The notes below the pieces were generated by a model. It searched no databases. It was not told the DNA's origin and saw only the letters and a program-made list of their open reading frames with translations. Of a stretch of DNA of 64,000 nucleotides, positions 12,743 through 25,960 are shown in pieces. The DNA is from Octopus sinensis. Its lineage: Eukaryota. Where the stretch lies: contig NC_043005.1 in the NCBI RefSeq assembly GCF_006345805.1, positions 88,660,001 through 88,724,000 on the forward strand, read 5' to 3'. The position numbers and the translations under genes were made by a program. The first letter of the stretch is position 1. Every line of letters begins with the position of its first letter.

Positions 12743-14826
12743 TGTTGCTATTTCTGATAGATCACATGACCACTCACCCCCCACCCCCTCCTATTTTGTA
12801 TAGAATTAAAAGCAAAATAGCTAAAAATGTGTCGTAGGCTTAAATAAAGGTCACGAGTTCAAACCCAATGCAGGTATTTGTTGCTTATAAGTGAAGTTTG
12901 CCCAAGGTGAGGCTATAGCAGGGGTGTCCCACACAGGTAAGGAAAGGTAGACAATGTCGAAATTCTTCAGGTTTAGAAAATCCTGGTTTCACAATGTTAA
13001 AACCATTCTGTGGGTTTAATGAAGAGTAACAGATAATCCAAGGAAGAAGACAAAGAAATCCTTTAACACATCTTAACTGATCAGATACAATTGTTTCTCT
13101 GCCTGCAGTATTAGTTTATGCAAAAGTTCAAAGTGAAAATTTATTATTTGGATTGTGTGTGTGTGTATTTACACATGTTTATATATACACATATAGATAT
13201 AAGCATACATACATACATATACATCTCTGTGTATATATTACATAGGCTGACTGGCCTCGTGCCAGTGACATGTAAAAAGCACCATTTGAGCGTGATCGTT
13301 GCCAGTGCTACCTGACTGGCCATGCCGGTGGCACGTAAAAAAGCACCCACTACACTCTCAGAGTGGTTGGTGCTAGGAAGGGCATCCAGTTGTAGAAACA
13401 TTGCCAGATCAGATTGGAGCCTGGTGCAGCCTCCTGGCTTGCCAGCCCTCAGTCAAACCGTCCAACCCATACTACCATGGAAAGAGGATGCTAAACAATG
13501 ATGATGATGATGTGTATGTGTGTAAATATATATAGTTTATATATAAGCTGTTGTGTCTGGGGAGGGTCATTCCCCTTTAGTGCTTTATAATTTAACACAC
13601 TCACTGGTAAAGTTTCCACTCATTTACTTATTTATTTTTCTATTTTATATATATTACATGTGTGTGTGTGTAAATATACATATTTTATATATATATGTAT
13701 GCATACATAGATATACAATAAATACATGTGTATATATACATGTTTACACACATATATATACACACAACACATAAGTCTGTATATACACATACAAATGGAC
13801 ATACATACCTCTACATATACACTTATGTATTACAAACACATCCACACACACACACACACACACTCTAATGTAAGACAAGAAGATAAGATTAAAGACATGT
13901 CCGGTTGAGACACAAGACTTTCACAGGAAAGAAAGAAAGAAAATGAGAATAAAAAAGAAAAGCAAAAAAGAAGCAAGGAAAAGAAAACAACAAAAAAAAT
14001 GTGTAGATTCACTTACTTAAAAATAATTATTTTTGTTGCCAAAATCATCATGATCATCATTATCATTAATTAATGTCCGTTTTCCATGCTGGCATGGGTT
14101 GGACCAAAATACTGTTATGTATTCTGTTGCAGTGCTGAGATTTCTCTCTCAATTATTTTATTACTGCCTACCTGAAGTATTTATTCACAACATGTATAGC
14201 ATAGCAGGTAGGAGACCACCCAGGGAATGTTATATGAGACAGGTATGATATGATGTGTTGTATTCAAGTGAGATATTTGTCTCTTATTTGTTAAATGCCA
14301 TAAAGCATTTTAGAGCTAAGAACAGACCACTTAAAAGTGCTTTGAAGCCTGAGTCACATTTACATGAAAAAAACAAAAAACAAATACAGAAAAAGTGGCG
14401 CGGAGAACAAAATGTACAAAGTGTATAACTAAAGACATTAATATAGGGTCAGAAGGTGAAATTGCTGAACGAGGGGAGGAATGAAGGAAGAGAATGACAG
14501 AAAGAGAGACGAAAAAAGAGAATGAAAATTAAATGCGTGAAAAGAAACACACACACAAAACAAACAAGTGGAGAAATAAACTTGTTGCCAGAAGCTGTTG
14601 CTCTGATGCAAGTCTGCAATTAATGCAGGAATAGCTGCAGCAATTTTGCATCGGTTTTTTAACTGACAGTTATTGCAATAATAATAGACTTGGGCAGTGC
14701 AAAGGTGTTTGAAGTAGCGCATACAACACCTACACATTCATGTGTGTGTGTGAGTCTGTGTGTGTAATGTGTGAGTACTTGTAATGTTAATATTGAACTG
14801 TGAGAACGAGTGTTGTACACTGCATT

Positions 14827-15535
14827 CATCATCATCATCATCGTTTAACGTCCGCTTTCCATGCTGGTATGGGTTGGACGATTTTGACTGAGGGCTGGCA
14901 AACTAGACGGCCGCACCAGGCTCCAATCTTGATCTGGCAGCGTTTCTACAGCTGGATGCCCTTCCTAATGCCAACCACTCCAAGAGTGTAGTGGGTGCTT
15001 TTTACATGCCAGCTTTTTACGGAGCCAGTCAGGCGGTACTGGCAATGACCTCGCTCAAAACTTTTTACACATGCCACTCGCACAGGTGCCAGTAAGGTAA
15101 ACGTTGGTAACGATCACGCTCGAATGGTGCCCTTTTACGAGCCACTGGCACGGAGCCAGTTGGCTGCTCTGGCAACGATCTTGCTCGGATGGTGCTCTTG
15201 GCACCCTACTAGCACAGGCACAAGTGCCAGTAAGGTGATGCTGGTGACGATCACACTTGAAGGGTGCCCTTTTATGTGCCACTGGCACGGAAGCCGGTTA
15301 GCCGCTCTGTCAATGATCACACTCGTATGGTGCTCTTTGCACCCTGCTAGCATGGATGCCAGTTGTCGAATTTGATTTTGATTTCACTTGCCTCAACAGG
15401 TCTTTGCAAGCAGAGTTTAGTGATCAAAGAAGGAAAAGTACGCATAAGCGGGCTAGTTACGCTCCTGGTATAGGCCACAGGTTATGGTCTCATTTGGCTT
15501 GCCGAGTCTTCTAACGCATAGCATATTTCCAAAAT
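14827..15535 (-). mobile_element. RTE LINE 3' end with tandem-repeat UTR
   Basis: ORF end (WKYA..EDS-like), approx. 55-60 bp internal repeats, (CAT)n at the left end. Confidence 0.8.
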
Positions 15536-15654
15536 GGTGATAAATATTTTTTTATTTTGTTGGGTAGCCAGACTGCTGGTGGTTTCATGTTGGGAGAGAT
15601 ATCTCTCAGCAATTATTCAAGTCTGTACTGTGGGATGCTGGTGTTCATCGGGCA

Positions 15655-16140
15655 GGGAACACTGACGTGGTCGGGGGCATGGGTATACTTCTTGCGGAGA
15701 TATGGGTTGATAAGGTAATTGAGGTAGTCAGAGTATGCGACAGAATACTCAAGATTAGATTAGTGCTTCATCATGGGTTAGCACCTTTATCTTGGCCTAT
15801 GCCCCTCAGCTGGTGCTACCTGATGGACAGAAAGACCAATTTTATGACACCTTCTTGCAGACTACCTCATTGACGAATGACAGGGACCTTCTCTTTGTGG
15901 CTGGTGACATCAATGGACATGTTGGGCAACATACAGAGGGCTTCCATGGTGTACATGGAGGTTATGGTTTTGGTTCCTGCCGGTGGCATGTAAAAGCATC
16001 CACTACACTCTTGGAGTGGTTGGCATTAGGAAGGGCATCCAGCTGTAGAAACCTTGCCAAATCAGATTGGAGCATGGTGCAGCCTCAAACCATCCAACCC
16101 ATGCCAGCATGAAAAACGGACGTTAAACGATGATGATGAT
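15655..16140 (+). mobile_element. Internally deleted RTE LINE: APE endonuclease fragment fused to the 3' tail
   Basis: GILLAEIWVDKVIEVVRVCDRILKIRL..AYAPQ..KDQFYD..VAGDINGHVG..HGGYGFG, then directly the (GAT)n-tailed UTR. Confidence 0.85.
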
Positions 16141-16914
16141 TAGTACTTAAGACACAATTTCCTGTCTGAGATTTTATTTACACAAAGAATCCACTACTAG
16201 ATGCTGCTGTCTTCGAAGTACTTTTCTAAGAGAAACATAAAGTTGTTAAAATTGTCCACTTCTGGTATTTTTGCATCACTTCCAGTTAAGGACGTACTTC
16301 CGGAGCAGGACAACGAGGAACACTCAACATGGGCAACCTAAAACACTAGAAATAGCAGCCAAATATCTTTCTGTAGTTGCAATCCTGTTGTCTTAAATGA
16401 GGAGACATTTGATAAAGTTGTCCTAAATAGCCTTTATATGAGATGGGCATGGTTGTAATACCTTTTTATCAACATCCCCCCCCCCACCGCCCGTTTCTAT
16501 TTTGAAAGAGGAATTAAAGGATTCCATTTTGTTTTAGGTTTTGCTTTGTTTTTTATTTTTGTATGAATCGGGTTCTGTAGCAGAGAAAGGAGGAAATGTA
16601 TTCTTATGTTTATAGAGAGGGGGGGGGGGCGGTATTAGAGAGAAAAAGGGAGTAACGAGAAGGGAAGCATGATTGTGAGAGGAAAAGATTAACTAGAGAG
16701 AGAGGAGTAAGTGGATTAAGAGGGTAGCAAGAGGAGGTGAGTAGCAAGGGAGAAAGAAAGGATAAGAAAAAGAGTAATGAAGGAAGAGAGAGAGAGCAAC
16801 AAGTGGAAATAAAGTAACAAAGAGAGAGAGAGAGAGAGAAAATAATAAGAGAATGGTGTGTGTGTGTGGATAAATTGTGAAATAATTGACATGTCAATGC
16901 TGAAGAAAGACAGC

Positions 16915-17325
16915 TTCACTGTATAAATATATACACCCCGTGTTATCTATATGTCACTTGTCTCAGTAGTTTGGTTACAAAACACACTGTAAATATACAC
17001 CCTCTGTTATCTCCACACACGGTTTAGCTCTCTCTGTGCAAATACATAAACCCACGGCTAATAATACACTGTCTCAGTACTTTAGTTATCAATATTTATA
17101 TATATATAATATACACACTGTTTTAACTGCACTACATGAATATATATACACCCTATGTTATATAAACACCACTGTTTTGGTACTTTAGTTCTATACAGTA
17201 AATATACACAGTATTATCTACACACCCTTCTTTCAGTACTTCACTGATGAACACACTGTAAATATATATTCTGTATTAACTACATTATGTGAATATATTT
17301 ATATACACACACACCCTGTTATCTA
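16915..17325. repeat. Degenerate minisatellite
   Basis: Recurring ATACACCCTGTTATCT / CTCAGTACTTTAGTT / CACTGTAAATAT modules. Confidence 0.6.
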
Positions 17326-17327
17326 TA

Positions 17328-18340
17328 TCATCATCATCATCATCATTTAACATCCGCTTTCCATGCTAGCATGGGTTGGATGAATGACTGAGGGCTGGCG
17401 AACCAGATGGCTGCACCAGGCTCCAATCTGATCTGGCAGAGTTTCTACAGCTGGATGCCCTTCCTAATGCCAACCACTCTGAGTGTGTAGTGGGTGCTTT
17501 TATGTGCCACCGGAACGAGGGCCAGTCAGGCGGTACTGGCAACAGCCATGCTCAAATGGTGTGTTTTACGTGCCACCTGCACAGGAGCCAGTCCAGCGGC
17601 ACTGGCAATGACTTCACTTGAATGGTTTTTCACGTACAACCAGCACAAGTGCTAGTGAGGCGAGTATGGTAATGATCATATGGTGCTTTTTACATGCCAC
17701 TGGCATGGAAGCCAGTCAGCTGCTCTGGCAACGATCACGCTCGGATGGTATTCTTAGCGCTCCACAAACATGGATGCCAGTCATCGAATTTGATTTCAAT
17801 TTCAATTTCACTTGCCTCAACAGGTCTTCGCAAACAGAGTTTAGTGTCCAATGAAGGAAAGGTACACATAAGTGGGCTGGTTACACCCCTGGCATAGGCC
17901 ATGAGGTTGCTGGGTCTTCTCATGCACAGCATATTTCCAAAGGTCTCTGTCACTAGTCATTGCCTCAGTGAGGCCCAATGTTCAAAGGTCATTCTTAACC
18001 ACCTTATCCTAGGTCTTCCTGGGTTTACCTCTTCCACAGGTTCCCTCAACCGCTTGGGTGTGACACTTTTTCATACAGTTGTCCTCATCCATACGCAACA
18101 CATGACCATACCAGCACAGTCGACTCTCTTGCAAACCGCATCTGATGCTTCTTAAGTCCAACTTTTCTTTCAAGGTACTTACACTCTGTCAAGTATGTAC
18201 ACTGACATTGCACATCCAGCGGAGCATACTGGCTTCATTCCTTGCAAGCTTACACATGTCCTCAGCAGTCACGGCCCATGTTTCACTGCCATGTAGCATA
18301 GCTGTTCGTACACATGCGTCATACAGTCTACCTGTTACTC
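17328..18340 (-). mobile_element. 5'-truncated RTE LINE (ORF C-terminus, 3' UTR, tail)
   Basis: GRLYDACVRTAMLHGSETWAV..MLRWMCNV..WYGHVLRM..GRGKPRKT, continuing into the UTR and (GAT)n tail. Confidence 0.9.
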
Positions 18341-18599
18341 TGTGTGTATATGTATATATGGCTATATGGGTATGTATAAGCATAAACATATGTATATTGG
18401 TATGTAAGATACATATGAATTTGAGTGTACATATTCCTGTATATCTGATGTCAGTCTATTCACATTTTTTTTAGCACCTCCATTTTTTCCACTATTATCT
18501 CCTCCACACCACATCAAAGTTATGTAGCTCTCTTCTTTAGTTTTTATCTATTGTAACTTACTCTATAGTAAATATTACTAACAAAATCAACATCAAATA

Positions 18600-19445
18600 A
18601 AATAAAATCAAAACAAATCAAAATAGATGAACATTAATGGAATTTGTATCTTTGTGGTACCAGTGCCGGTGGCACACAAGAAAACCATCCGAACGTGGCC
18701 GTAGCCAGTACCGCATCGAATGGCCTCCGTGCTGTGGGCACGTAACAAACACCATCCGATCGTGGCCGTTCGCCAGCCTCATCTGGCACCTATGTCGGTG
18801 GCACATAAAAACACCACCCGAAGACCCGGCAAGACTAGTCAGGCCATAACCCGTGGCCCTTACCTGGGACGTAATCAGTCCACCTGTGCTTACCTTCCTT
18901 CTTGTGACACTTGTGAAGACCTGTTGAGGCAAGTGAAAATCAAAACAAATCAAAATAGATGAACATCAATGGAATTTGTATCTTTGTGGTACCAGTGCCG
19001 GTGGCACGTGGCACACAAGAAAACCATCCGAACGTGGCTGTAGCCAGTACCGCATCGACTGGCCTCTGTGCTGTGGGCACGTAACAAACACCATCCGATC
19101 GTGGCCGTTTGCCAGCCTCATCTGGCACCTGTGTCGGTGGCACATAAAAACACCATCTGAGCGTGGCCGTCTGCCAGCCTCGTCTGGCACCTGTGTCGGT
19201 GGCACATAAAAAAAACACCATCCGAGCGTGGACGTTTGCCAGCCTCGTCTGGCACCTGTGTCGGTGGCACATAAAATCCCCCACTACACTCTCGGAGTGG
19301 TTGGCGTTAGGAAGGGCATCCAGCTGTAGAAACACTGCCAGATCTGACTGGACTGGTGCAGCTTTCGGGCTCCCCAGACCCCAGTTGAACCGTCCAACCC
19401 ATGCTAGCATGGAAAGCGGACGTTAAATGATGATGATGATGATGA
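18600..19445 (+). mobile_element. Young RTE 3' UTR copy, partly duplicated in tandem, with approx. 59-bp internal repeats
   Basis: The segment starting at approx. 18610 repeats at approx. 18942; CpG-rich; (GAT)n tail. Confidence 0.8.
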
Positions 19446-20262
19446 AATCTTTCAATATTAACTATAAAAAACTCTTTCTTTTATATCACTCTGCTGACGA
19501 AGCATAAGTAAATTCCCCTTTATTTTGAATCTTTTTTACCTTATTACTCATATAGTATCTATTCCAAAGTCTTCTAAAAAACATTTCAATACTGTGGCTA
19601 GATAATTAATTGTGACATATTGCACTTATTTTTTTCTATGAATATTAGACCTATTATTTACAATAAATACTTAAATTATAAATTTTATAAAACTGAAATT
19701 TTTATTGATTACTATTAAACAACTGCCATATTCCCTTCCATATTGATGACTGCCATATTGCCTTCCATATCAGCTAACTCTGATGAGCGTAAGGTTATAT
19801 AATCGAACTGTTACCTAACACTCCACTGTGTTCCTTGTGCAAAACCGATTGGTAAGATCAGCCGTGATGAATGGATAATACTATACACTACCGTCGGAAA
19901 TTAATTAGCACCCTTGATTTGCTCTTCACTCAAGGTATGTACTGTCACCTAGTGGCCATATCTCGAACTATTGCTTTGTTGCGAGTTCACTGTTGCGCAG
20001 AACGATGACATAACTTTGTTTGCAGAGCTGTTTGAGAGTCTACAGCCTAATGATGTTGACATAGCAGTGCAACAACAACTTGGAGTGCGGATGCAGACAA
20101 ATCTTCCTTTGTTTAATAGATATAGGTAGCGCCTCGCAAGGACCGAAATCACACCGTACTAAGTTTTCTCATTGCGTAAGATGTTTTGAACAGCTCGTAG
20201 GTTAATTGATTTGTGTATTTGCAAGACTTTTTTTCCTCACAAATTCTCCTACACTCTGCTTC

Positions 20263-20278
20263 GTGACGTCACTTCCGG
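20263..20278. promoter_or_regulatory. Overlapping CRE and ETS motif upstream of the Tc1 transposase
   Basis: GTGACGTCACTTCCGG is the reverse complement of CCGGAAGTGACGTCAC. Confidence 0.5.
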
Positions 20279-20437
20279 TTCACAAAACTTTTTGTTATAC
20301 ATCAAATAAGGTGAGAAATTCTGCTTTCTTTCTTTTTTGTTTAATGAATAATAACTCATAGCAGTTTTGTTATAGCATAACATTATTCAAATGAATAGTT
20401 TTAATGAAAATAACTGGTTTTTATCGTTCATTCCTAG

Positions 20438-21457
20438 ATGGGCCCAAGACCTCGCATGACCTTGGAGAGACGGTACGAGGCTCTCTCGTGGCGTGGGAAG
20501 CTGTCGGAGGCTGCAATAGCCAGAAAACTTGGTGTAGCCAGGCGCACAATTCAGTGCTTATTTAAGAAATACGAGGAAACCGGATCAGCAGTTGACAAAA
20601 AGGGTAGGGGACGGAAGAGGCTGACGACCCAGCGGGAGGACCGGATGCTGATCCGAAAGTCACTGAACAACTGAAGGGCAACGAGCCGGCAACTGGCGGA
20701 GGAGATGCAAAAGGTGACAGGGAAGCAGTTGTCTACAACCACCGTCAAGACCAGATTACTGGAAGCTGGTCTAAAATCCTGTAGGGCCGCCCGTAAGCCG
20801 CTCCTTACAGCCCAAAACTGGAAGAGGCGGCTGCTCTGGGCCTGTGCCCACAAGATATGGACCGTGCAGCAGTGGTGGACAGTGATGTTCACTGACGAGT
20901 CGCGATTCAGTCTCGTCAGTGACAAGCCTGTCCATGTGCGACGCCGCAGGGGTGAGCGCTTCAACAAAGACTGCATAGCTCCCACCATGAAGCATGGTGG
21001 GGGTGGTCTGATGGTGTGGGGGGCGTTCAACTACAGTGGTGTTGGGCGGCTCTATGCCGTCGAAGGCAACATCAACGCAGCAAAGTACGTTGAGATAGTA
21101 CGGAATGCTGCCCTACCCTCTGCGGGATACCTCTTTGGTGGCGAGGAGTACGTGCTCCAGCAGGACAACGCGCCTCCCCACACAGCCAAGCTCACAACCG
21201 GTTTCTTCAAGGACCATGGGGTGACGGTCATGGACTGGCCTGTCCAGTCACCTGATCTGAACCCTATTGAGAACCTCTGGAGTCGATTGGGTAGGGATTT
21301 GAATGTGCAGCAATACAGGAACCGACACGAGCTGTTTGGGGCACTTCTTGCTGCATGGAAGGCCATCCCTGCACAGTACCTGCAGGCACTCATAGACAGC
21401 ATGCTGGCCCGTGTAGCAGCTGTCATTGCTGCCAAAGGAGGAGCAACAAGATATTGA
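20438..21457 (+). pseudogene. Tc1 transposase (DD34E) with one in-frame stop at 20672-20674
   Basis: ORFs 20438-20674 and 20705-21457 share a frame. HTH region, GRGRKR linker, FTDESRF, QQDNAPPH, SPDLNPIENLW; 34 residues between the second D and E. Confidence 0.93.
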
Positions 21458-22329
21458 CTAAATTTCACGATTAATAACAATTATGTGGTATGCTGGGATA
21501 CGTTTTAATAAATTTTTGATTAAAAACGAGTTCGTTTCTGATAATAAGTTAATTAAATTAAGAAAATGTAAGAAAATGTAGAAATTTGAGAAGTGCTAAT
21601 TAATTTCTGACGCAAGTGTATGTTTCGGATAATACACCCACTCTATTGACAGTTACTTGAGTGTAGCTTTTCCCTGTCTTATGATCTCTTAGACGATTCA
21701 CATAAATATATGTGTGTGTGTATGTTATCTTTCCACCACTTGGCAATTAGTGTGTTTATGTGCCTGTAACTTAGTGGTTCAGCAAAAGAGACTGATAGAA
21801 TAAGTACCAGGCTTCAAAAGAAAAAAGAAAAAAAAAGAAAAATAGAGAAAAACTGGGGTCGATTCATTCAACTATAAATTCTTCAAGGTACTGCTGTAGC
21901 ATGGCCACACTCTAATGAGAGAAACAACAAAAAGAAAAAAAGGCAGAATGTTAAACATCAAGCTGTTGTAATTTTTGTATCATAACGCTATACTGTCAGA
22001 GGTTGACCTACTAGAAATAGCAGACAAATGCCCCTTAAATCACACACCCCACCTTAAAAAAAACAGATCTGGTAATGTAGGTCAGAGTAAATGGATATTC
22101 TATAGAAGAGGAGATAAACAAGAGGAGTGCGATAACTGTAGTGCCTCTGAGTCTAAGTCTGCAGGACTGGCCATGACACGATGACGGTGGCAGCAGTGGT
22201 GTCAGTGTCAAAGGAAGTATCCTATAAATTATTGATCATGTTTGATTGATTTTTGAGCCTGATACATATTTGTTTTTACTGTGATCATATGAAATGTGTA
22301 ACTAGATCAAATACTAAATCAAATGCTTA

Positions 22330-22690
22330 AAGTGTGTGAGAGTGTGTGTGTGTGAGTGTGTGTGTGTGAGTGTGAGTGAGAGTATGTGTATGTTTGTGAG
22401 AGTATGTGTGTGTTTGTGAGAGTATGTGTGTGTGTGTGAGAGTATGTGTGTGTGTGTGAGAGTATGTGTGTGTGTGAGTGAGAGTATGTGTGTGTGTGAG
22501 TGAGAGTATGTGTGTGAGTGTGTGTGTTTGTGAGAGTATGTGTGTGGTAGAGTGTGTGTGTGGTACAGAGAGAATGTTTGTGTATGTAGTAGAGAGAGAG
22601 AGAGAGTTTGTGTGTGGTAGAGAGAGAGGGTGAGTGTGTGTGTGTGTGTGTGTGGTAGAGAGAGAGAGTGTGTGTGTGTGTTGTAGGTGA
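22330..22690. repeat. Compound (TG)n/(AG)n microsatellite
   Basis: Seen directly. Confidence 0.95.
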
Positions 22691-23604
22691 GCAAAATGTT
22701 TTGTCAAATAAAAATGCTCTGCATTCGATAAAGTGGTTTTGTCTTTTTTTTTATTTGTTCTTGTTTAGCCCTAGGTCAGACTTGATCGAACAGATTTATG
22801 ATCAAAGATTTTCCGATCACTAAACTTTCGGATAAATCATTAAACCATATCTTTTATTCTATAACTTGTTTCAGTTATTAGACTGTGGCCATGCTGGGGC
22901 ACTGGACAGGAAAATTTTTTAGTTGAACAAATCAATCCCTGTAATTATGTTTTTTAATTTCAAGCCTGTTGATTAGCCTATCAGTTTCTATGGTTGAACC
23001 GCTAAGTTATGGACAGGTAAGCAAATCAACACTGGTAGTCAAGTGGTTGTGGGGGACACACAGACAGACACATGTGCACACAGACACATATATATATAAA
23101 CTCTTTTGTTCTTTTACTTGTTTCAGTCATTTGACTGTGGCCATGCGAGAGCACCAGCTTACAGGGTTTTTTTAGTCGAGCAACTTGACCCCAGGACTTA
23201 TTCTTTGTAAGCCTAGTACTTATTCTATCAGTCTCTTTTGCTGAACCGCTAAGTTACGGGGACGTAAACACACCAGCATCGGTTGTCAAGCGATGTTGGG
23301 GGTCAAACATAGACACACAAACATATACACACGCATACATACATACATATATATATGTGACCGCGTGTGTACTGTTGGCGATTTTTTTCCTCTGTCTTCC
23401 CTTCACTGGATCTTTCCTTCTTTCCTGAGTGTCCAATAATACTATATTTGTTCCACGTCCTCGTGTTGTGTTTTTTGTGCTTTCTTGTTTGTATTAACTT
23501 TATATATATATATATATATATATACTTTATTTAAAAGCAGCAGAAATTCAACAAAACCTGTTACTCAGAGTTTCACGTTCCCGTTCATTGGACAGTTTTG
23601 TATG

Positions 23605-23642
<38 letters not shown>

Positions 23643-24118
23643 TATACAACAGGTTTCTTTCAGATTCCATCAACCAAATCTACTCACAAGGCTTTGGTTG
23701 GCCTGAGGCTATAGAAGAAGACACTTGCCCAAGATGCCATGCAGTGGGACTGAACCCGAACTATGTGGTTGGAAAACAAACATCTTACCACACAGCCATG
23801 CCTACACATCTTACGGTACCAAAATTTTTCCTGTACCTCATTTACAAAGGTACAATTTGGGAAATGACAACAGCCTTTCAGTTTTATAAATGAATTAAAA
23901 ACATGGTGAAAATTTGCTTGTTTTTGTTGTTACTCTAAATATAATTATCTTTACATTGGTTTCAAATTTTGGCACAAGATGAGTAATTTTAGGGGAAGGG
24001 GTCAGTTGATTATATCGACCCCAGTGCTCAATTGGTACTTATTTTATTGACCCCGAAAAGATGAAAAGCAAAGTCAACCCTGCATGAATTTGAATGCACG
24101 ATGTAATGATGGATAAAA

Positions 24119-25275
24119 TCTGTATATCTATAAAAGGCAGGATGCGTGCGTGTGTGTACGTGAATGTAATTTATGCACGTCCACAAATTAGCATGCATGT
24201 CACTCCAATTGTAGGACAACATTCGTCATGACCCTAGCTGGGTTTTGTCAACTTATTGTTCCCAAAGCACCCGTGGATAGCGGTAAAAATCGATTTTCAA
24301 CCTTAACTTTTACCAATTTCGAAGTTTGCTAACATGTTAAGTCTCCTTCTTACTATAGCAGAGTGAAAGTGTGTGTCTGTGAGGGAGAGAGAGAAGTTGT
24401 GTGTTAATGTATGTGTGTGTGAGGGAGAGAGAGTAAGTGACAATGTTCATCAAAAATGAAAATGTAAAATGTTTTTTTTTTCTTAATTATGAGATAAAGT
24501 CTTCAAATTTAGGATGTTTTTGAAATGTTTTAGGTTAGCTTAGCTTTAGGTTAAGGCTTAGCTGTGATCCGAACATAACCTCTTCTGACACAGAGGATCA
24601 GGAGCCCTTTTGGGCGTTCTATTTTCCTCGCTGGAAGGGCTCCAACCCATGGGCCAAGTGGGGTTTAGATGATTGGGGTGGTGGTGGTTTCCGAAGGGCT
24701 AGCATGTGCAACCTGTTCACCTCTGGTGGTGAAACTCCCAACCCATGCATTCCTGTTGCGACACTGATTGTGTTGGGTGTGAAAACCAGTTTTAAATTAT
24801 AAATATAGATTTTTTGAATCAGCAATGTTGTGTTCGGTTAAGTCCTATTTGGGGTGAAAAAAATCAATAACCTGATTCCTTATGGGGTTTTCCATTCAAT
24901 CAGGATGAAAAATCAATAAACCAATTTCTAATAGGATTTCTCACTAAAATTGGTTACACCTCATAACTTTTACCAATTTTGATGTATTTTGTTCAAACTT
25001 GATGCCAACATTACTTAGGACTCATGGGATCTTTGAATGTTGTAAGTTCTCAAAAAAAAAAAAAACAGTCGCTGAGTAAAAAAATCAATAAACTGATTCC
25101 TTATGGGATTTCCCAAACAAATTGTCTGTTGCCCATTTTCAGCCAAACATTTACCAATTTCAAAGGATTTCGCTCAAATTTGACGTCAGTGTTACTTAGT
25201 TTGGTTTGAAACAAAGCGATTGATTAGCTTAATAATCCCAACTTAATCCCGGGCAACACCAGGCTATACTACTAG
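24119..25275 (+). mobile_element. Non-autonomous Helitron
   Basis: 5' TCTGTATATCTATAAAA; 3' CCCGGGCAACACCAGG hairpin then CTAG; sits between A and T, apparently inside a SINE. Confidence 0.65.
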
Positions 25276-25499
25276 TACCTAATAAATATATTGTGCAAGT
25301 TACATAAAGTATTATCCATAACTACAGTTTGGTTCCCCAGATTTTGACCCCGCATAATTTTCTGAAAATGCATTTCTAAATTTAAATTTAAAATGAAGTT
25401 TTGCAAAAATACGTTTTCACAGGGGTAGATTACAATCACTGATAAACATTCAAATAATTTTTTGATGAAGTTTCCGATCCTCCCCCTCCATCGACAATT

Positions 25500-25910
25500 T
25501 CCTACCAACATTGTAGAAATTTACCGTCCCTTTAAATGTCTCAAATGCCACAGGTTGCAAGAGATACGTTCACTGTCAGGTCCTGATAATTCGAGGTTTC
25601 TGTTCGGCTACGGAAGCAGTGACCCTTCCATTAACTGCAGCATCCAGGATGTGGGAAGGAGAAAAGGAGTCGCAGACTGGGGATTCCTAACTCTAACCCA
25701 GGGCACCTATCTCTAACCCAGGGACAGAGGGTAAGACCATGTGGTCTCTTTCCATCACTTCTGGATAATCCCGGTGGCTCCAGAACAGAAAGGATATTAA
25801 TCCGAACCAGTGCCTGCTTAATGATTAGGTTTAGCTCGATGTGATGAGCAAAGCGACCAGCATTTAGGTGGCAAGACAGACTGTAAAGACCTGTGGGGCC
25901 TACCACAGCA
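25500..25910 (-). pseudogene. Restriction-like endonuclease fragment of a CRE-like non-LTR retrotransposon
   Basis: LSC..AGRFAHHIELNLIIKQAL..SVLEPPGLSRSDGKRPHGLTLCPW (RH and KRPDG motifs of RLE elements). Confidence 0.75.
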
Positions 25911-25960
25911 GCATATCAGTTCCCTACAGACATCAGCTTCAATATATGCGTAATCTATAC

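Larger units (their letters stand above)
19886..21618 (+). mobile_element. Full-length Tc1-family DNA transposon
   Basis: 26-bp TIRs CACTACCGTCGGAAATTAATTAGCAC / GTGCTAATTAATTTCTGACGCAAGTG (23/26), TA on both flanks, internal transposase. Confidence 0.95.

Noticed and set aside
18660-19275. CRISPR-like regularly spaced repeats
   Set aside because: The units are tandem without unique spacers, lie in an RTE 3' UTR, and there are no cas genes in this eukaryotic context.
20672-20674. In-frame TGA as selenocysteine or programmed readthrough
   Set aside because: The position fits an Arg in a basic motif; a CpG transition is the simpler explanation and no SECIS was seen.
20551-21480. Minus-strand ORFs overlapping the transposase
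   Set aside because: Antisense shadows of a GC-rich coding region.
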